Origin: Thiotrichaceae bacterium UBA4486
GTDB taxonomy: Bacteria > Pseudomonadota > Gammaproteobacteria > Eutrophobiales > Eutrophobiaceae
Assembly (NCBI GenBank): GCA_002389045.1
Contig: DGNS01000015.1
Span: 196,217 to 260,216, forward strand
DNA length: 64,000 nt
Reading direction: 5' to 3'
Below are positions 60,465 to 64,000 of this stretch, piece by piece (the stretch's first letter is position 1; each line of letters begins with the position of its first letter). Both the position numbers and the translations under genes were made by a program. Below the pieces are notes generated by a model. That model was not told the origin of the DNA and ran no database searches. It saw nothing but the letters and a program-made list of their open reading frames with translations.

Positions 60465-61127
60465 TTATGCCGCCAGTTGCTTGCGCATGGCCGAGATGGT
60501 GGCGGCGTAGTCCTTACTGCCGAAAATAGCGGAACCGGCGACAAAGGTGTCGGCGCCGGCGGCGGCGATTTCAGCGATGTTGTCGATCTTGACGCCACCA
60601 TCGATCTCCAGGCGGATGTCGCGGCCGCCGGCATCGATGAGTTTGCGGGCCTCACGCAGTTTCTCCAGGCTGGAGGGAATAAAGGACTGGCCGCCGAAGC
60701 CCGGATTGACCGACATCAGCAGGATCATGTCCAGCTTGTCCATGACATGCCGCAGCACGTCCAGCGGCGTCGCGGGGTTGAACACCAGCCCGGCCTTGCA
60801 ACCATTGTCCCGGATCAACTGCAGGCTGCGATCGATGTGCTCGCTGGCTTCCGGATGGAAAGTGATGTATGTGGCGCCGGCGCGGGCGAATTCGGGGATA
60901 ATGGCGTCCACGGGCTTGATCATCAGGTGCACATCCAGCGGGGCGCTGATGCCGTGTTTGCGCAGGGCCTCAACCACGATGGGACCGAAGGTCAGGTTCG
61001 GTACGTAGTGGTTATCCATGACGTCGACATGGAGAAAATCGGCCCCGGCGGCGAGGACGGCTTCGGCTTCTTCACCCAGTTTCGCCATGTTGGCCGAGAG
61101 GATGGATGGTGCGATGACGTAGTCCAT
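60465..61127 (-). CDS. rpe: Ribulose-phosphate 3-epimerase
   Basis: [23 protein letters not shown] and DGG. Confidence 0.97.
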   Translation of the reverse strand: MDYVIAPSILSANMAKLGEEAEAVLAAGADFLHVDVMDNHYVPNLTFGPIVVEALRKHGISAPLDVHLMIKPVDAIIPEFARAGATYITFHPEASEHIDRSLQLIRDNGCKAGLVFNPATPLDVLRHVMDKLDMILLMSVNPGFGGQSFIPSSLEKLREARKLIDAGGRDIRLEIDGGVKIDNIAEIAAAGADTFVAGSAIFGSKDYAATISAMRKQLAA

Positions 61128-61195
61128 GGAATGCGTGGTATTGTTCCGGAAAAGAAGCGCAACTTTACCTGATCAGGTGGCGGGGCGCCAGATTG

Positions 61196-61286
61196 CAGAC
61201 TTCAGATTTCAGACATCAGACATCAGACTACAGACTACAGACGACAGATTACAGATGGCAGGGAACAGGTAACTGGGAACAGGGAT
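61196..61286 (+). repeat. Degenerate heptamer tandem repeats (CAGAYNN x9, then CAGGGAA-like x4)
   Basis: cagactt cagattt cagacat cagacat cagacta cagacta cagacga cagatta cagatgg cagggaa caggtaa ctgggaa cagggat. Confidence 0.85.
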
Positions 61287-61320
61287 TTGTGAATCGTGAC
61301 TGGATCGAGAATACTATTTA

Positions 61321-61397
61321 CCAATCACCAATCACCAATCACCAATCACCAATCACCAATCACCAATCACCAATCACCAATCACCAATCACCAATCA
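61321..61397 (+). repeat. Perfect heptamer microsatellite (CCAATCA)x11
   Basis: 77 bp of exact 7-mer repeats. Confidence 0.97.
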
Positions 61398-61402
61398 CTG
61401 TC

Positions 61403-62230
61403 GTGAAAAAATACTGCATATTCTCAATCTATCTGTTCGCCTTTCTGGTCTCTATGCCGGCCCCTGCCTATGACAACAGCCGGGAGACGCTCATCGCCGA
61501 GCGTCTCGAGGAACGTATCAAGTTGGGCAAACCCATGTGGCTGGAGTCCGCCAACGGCGATTTTTTTGTCATCCGGACAGAGCAGATGACCCGTGAACCG
61601 CAGGGCGTCGCGGTGTTGCTGCACGGTATCGGCGCGCACCCCGACTGGCCGGTGGTCATTTCCCAGTTGCGCAAGTCACTGCCCCAGCAGGGCTGGTCCA
61701 CGTTGTCGGTACAGTTACCGGTGCTGCCGCCGGAACACGCCATTGCCGACTATGGCAAAACACTGGATGAGGCCCGCCGGCGTATTGGCACAGCCCTCGA
61801 ATATCTGCGAGAACAGCAAATTGAACCGGTCGTCATCATCGGTTACAGCTTTGGCGCGGCAACGGCCTTCAGCTACAGCGCCAACCTGCAGGAAACGCCT
61901 TCGGATCTGCTCGGCGTGGTCGGGATCAGCGCCGTGGCCCAGCCCTTCATGCGACCCCCGGTGGATCTGCTGGCTGAAATCGAGGGGGTTAAAATACCGG
62001 TGCTGGATATTTACGGCAGCCGCGATTTTCCGGAAATCGTTAACGGCGCAGCCGATCGCCGGCTGGCCGCGCGCAAGGGCGAAAATCCCTGGTATCAGCA
62101 GATTGAAATCGAGGGCGCCGATCACAATTATTCCGGCCTCGGCAACGTCCTCAGCAAACGCATCAGCGGCTGGTTGAAAAAGCTGATAGAAGATTACCGG
62201 ATCCGGCAATCACAGGACGCAGTTGACTGA
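61403..62230 (+). CDS. Exported alpha/beta-hydrolase-fold protein (DUF3530-like)
   Basis: Likely GTG start followed by a signal peptide; LLHG, LSVQLP, GYSFGA, LDIYG and ADH. Confidence 0.8.
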   Translation: MKKYCIFSIYLFAFLVSMPAPAYDNSRETLIAERLEERIKLGKPMWLESANGDFFVIRTEQMTREPQGVAVLLHGIGAHPDWPVVISQLRKSLPQQGWSTLSVQLPVLPPEHAIADYGKTLDEARRRIGTALEYLREQQIEPVVIIGYSFGAATAFSYSANLQETPSDLLGVVGISAVAQPFMRPPVDLLAEIEGVKIPVLDIYGSRDFPEIVNGAADRRLAARKGENPWYQQIEIEGADHNYSGLGNVLSKRISGWLKKLIEDYRIRQSQDAVD

Positions 62231-62244
62231 CTTCACATCATAAA

Positions 62245-62333
62245 GGTGTCTGGCTTCAGCCAGACACCGCGAACCACGCCACGTCACACAGGTATCTGCC
62301 TTTAATGCAGGTGTCTGACTTCAGTCAGACATC
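62245..62333. repeat. Pair of REP-like palindromes
   Basis: GGTGTCTGGCTTCAGCCAGACACC (62245) and GGTGTCTGACTTCAGTCAGACATC (62310), with a compensatory G-C to A-T change. Confidence 0.8.
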
Positions 62334-62724
62334 GTGAACCACACCTCCCAGGTATCCAGGCCGTGTTTGCCCCGTTCAATAATGCAGAGTTATACTCAGC
62401 TCACTTGCATAACGGCATGAATGCAATGGAAAACACCGGCATATTCCACCTCGCCTATCTGCGCGATATACGGCCTGCCACGCCGGATAAGAATCTTATA
62501 CCGGCCACAATGTCCGTATTTGCTGCTTTCAATAATACCCGAATCCAATAAAGAACGGACACTAACGACATGAAATAAAACGGAACAGGCAGGAGCGGGA
62601 GAACAGAAATCACTGTTCCCCCTGCGTCATATCCGGCGTGTGGTCCATATATTAACTGTTGGGCGGCACAGAAGGACACTTCATGCAGAATTCACGATAG
62701 ATAATACATTTTAGCAAGAAGATC

Positions 62725-63003
62725 ATGGCAAGACATATTGAAGAACAGCTTTATTCATCACTCATCGATGCAAAGTTTCGTTTTATGGCGAGAGGTGAAC
62801 ATCACATCGATGATATTTATGCACGTGTTAAAACAGAGTTTCCCCTCTTATGTGACGACCAGTATTTCTGCTCAGAAAACTGCAATGCCGGCAATAATCA
62901 GTCTGAGTGGAAACACACAGTTCGTAACGCATTGCAGAGACTTAAGAAATTAGACCAAAACATAGCCTTTACAGGCAAACGAGGATACTGGTCTTTTGGC
63001 TAG
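62725..63003 (+). CDS. Cassette 1 ORF A: small winged-helix-like protein (Mrr N-terminal-like)
   Basis: IDDIYARV...WKHTVRNALQRLK...KRGYW pattern with a Cys-containing insert. Confidence 0.6.
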   Translation: MARHIEEQLYSSLIDAKFRFMARGEHHIDDIYARVKTEFPLLCDDQYFCSENCNAGNNQSEWKHTVRNALQRLKKLDQNIAFTGKRGYWSFG

Positions 63004-63041
63004 TATGGAACAACAGCTCAACTGATTGATAGAAACCAACA

Positions 63042-63353
63042 ATGATTTCACGACATATAATAATGATAGCTGTAGGAATACTTCTCAAAAATATTTTTAT
63101 ACTTACCTACTTAGGCATTGCTCAGGCGCTATTTTTATCGGCCATTGTAAATGGTATTGATATGAAATTTGTAGTAAAAGATGCCGATATGCGAATGAAA
63201 AATCTAATCGATCAGAATTCAGCTGATGAAGGTGCAAGACAATGGCTAGATCGGTCATCTAGAACAAAATCTACTATATTTAATTTATGGTTATGTAAAT
63301 CTATATGGTATGGGGCAGTTGTTTTGGTTGCAGCCTATATTACAAGATCATGA
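63042..63353 (+). CDS. Cassette 1 ORF B: small membrane protein
   Basis: Hydrophobic N- and C-terminal segments; stop lies 4 bp before the attC. Confidence 0.6.
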   Translation: MISRHIIMIAVGILLKNIFILTYLGIAQALFLSAIVNGIDMKFVVKDADMRMKNLIDQNSADEGARQWLDRSSRTKSTIFNLWLCKSIWYGAVVLVAAYITRS

Positions 63354-63357
63354 TGCC

Positions 63358-63417
63358 GCCTAACCAGCGCATCCAGGTGACGCCAAAAAGCGGCGCACCT
63401 GATACATTACGTTATGT
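63358..63417 (+). mobile_element. attC recombination site (60 bp)
   Basis: R'' GCCTAAC, imperfect palindrome ATCCAGGTGACGCC/GGCGCACCTGAT with unpaired bases, R' GTTATGT. Confidence 0.9.
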
Positions 63418-63423
63418 TGCATT

Positions 63424-63936
63424 ATGACTCGTAAACAACGTCTTCGCAGGGTAGGAATACTTTGCTGCCATTGCCTACGGAATCTTGCCTTCTACAAAGC
63501 AGGTTGGCGGAACGGTAAGCTTATATTCCACGATCAATTTTGGGTAAACGCCAATGGTAATTTTTTAGATATTTGTGTAATGGAATGGTGCAAGCTCTTC
63601 GGTGAAGTACGTGGCGCACATTATTGGAAGAAAGTGATATCTACACCAGATGAATTTTTTGGTAGTTTATTGAACGAGGCCAAAGTAACGGAAGCAGAGC
63701 TTGATGATTATATAAAAGAAATGCGCACATATCGAGATAAATTCGTCGCTCACCTAGATTCTGAAGAGACAATGCACATTCCGAAACTTGATGTCGCGCA
63801 TAAGACTGCGTCGTATTTGTACGACTATCTTCTGGCGAATGAAGATGAGGGCGGCTACTTTGCCGACGCGCCAAGAAAGGCTTCAACTTTTTATCAAAAG
63901 TATCTGAAGGAAGCAAAGTCGGTATACGACCAATGA
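63424..63936 (+). CDS. Cassette 2 ORF: helical protein with a HEPN-like Rx5H motif (AbiU2-like), possible RNase
   Basis: RDKFVAH motif; EWCKLF upstream. Confidence 0.6.
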   Translation: MTRKQRLRRVGILCCHCLRNLAFYKAGWRNGKLIFHDQFWVNANGNFLDICVMEWCKLFGEVRGAHYWKKVISTPDEFFGSLLNEAKVTEAELDDYIKEMRTYRDKFVAHLDSEETMHIPKLDVAHKTASYLYDYLLANEDEGGYFADAPRKASTFYQKYLKEAKSVYDQ

Positions 63937-63943
63937 ACATGCA

Positions 63944-64000
63944 ACATAACAAGGCAAATTCACTCGGACGTCAAAAAGCGGCGATCCTCGTTCCTCGTCG
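63944..64000 (+). mobile_element. attC site, truncated by the window end
   Basis: R'' ACATAAC just after the stop; ATGCAACATAAC is the exact reverse complement of GTTATGTTGCAT at the cassette start (63411). Confidence 0.85.

Larger units (their letters stand above)
62658..64000 (+). mobile_element. Integron-type gene cassette array with no integrase in the window; continues past the right edge
   Basis: Core site GTTGGGC at 62658, complete attC at 63358-63417, partial attC from 63944, and short co-oriented AT-rich ORFs. Confidence 0.85.

Noticed and set aside
61193-61402. 70-aa N-terminal extension (QSPITNH repeats) of the hydrolase
   Set aside because: It is the translation of heptamer repeats; a signal peptide begins at GTG 61403. 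Kept only as an alternative in the findings
62340-62430. Remnant of the intI N-terminus on the minus strand (TLHY*...W)
   Set aside because: Only a two-residue resemblance to the IntI HYS motif, with wrong spacing
62656-62671. LexA box CTGT-N8-ACAG over the first core site
   Set aside because: The spacer is GC-rich and the match straddles the recombination junction, so it is probably chance

Overview
A GC-rich gammaproteobacterial chromosome segment made up mostly of housekeeping genes: purK/purE, two tandem DgcP-like GGDEF genes, dsbA, cytochrome c4, yihA, rpmE, xthA, prlC, lemA, hemA-prfA-prmC-moeB, TPR-lolB-ispE-tRNA-Gln-prs-rplY-pth-ychF, cydAB and rpe-gph-trpEGDC. It contains a Fur-boxed iron locus (bfr/bfd, three small unknown genes, a porin + FMN-binding protein + PepSY-TM operon, and an Fe3+ ABC transporter) and an uncharacterised M14 peptidase / M42 peptidase / methyltransferase-ATP-grasp fusion operon. 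Both ends are AT-rich accessory DNA. On the left is a TIR-STAND (NLR-like) gene missing from the ORF track because it runs off the window. On the right is the start of an integron-type cassette array with attC sites and no integrase in view. Other elements absent from the ORF track are a candidate sigmaE-driven ~120-nt sRNA with three C-rich anti-Shine-Dalgarno loops convergent on yihA, a 38-aa DUF2474-like gene after cydB, dispersed REP-like palindromes and heptamer tandem repeats. All calls come from manual motif reading; no searches or folding programs were run.
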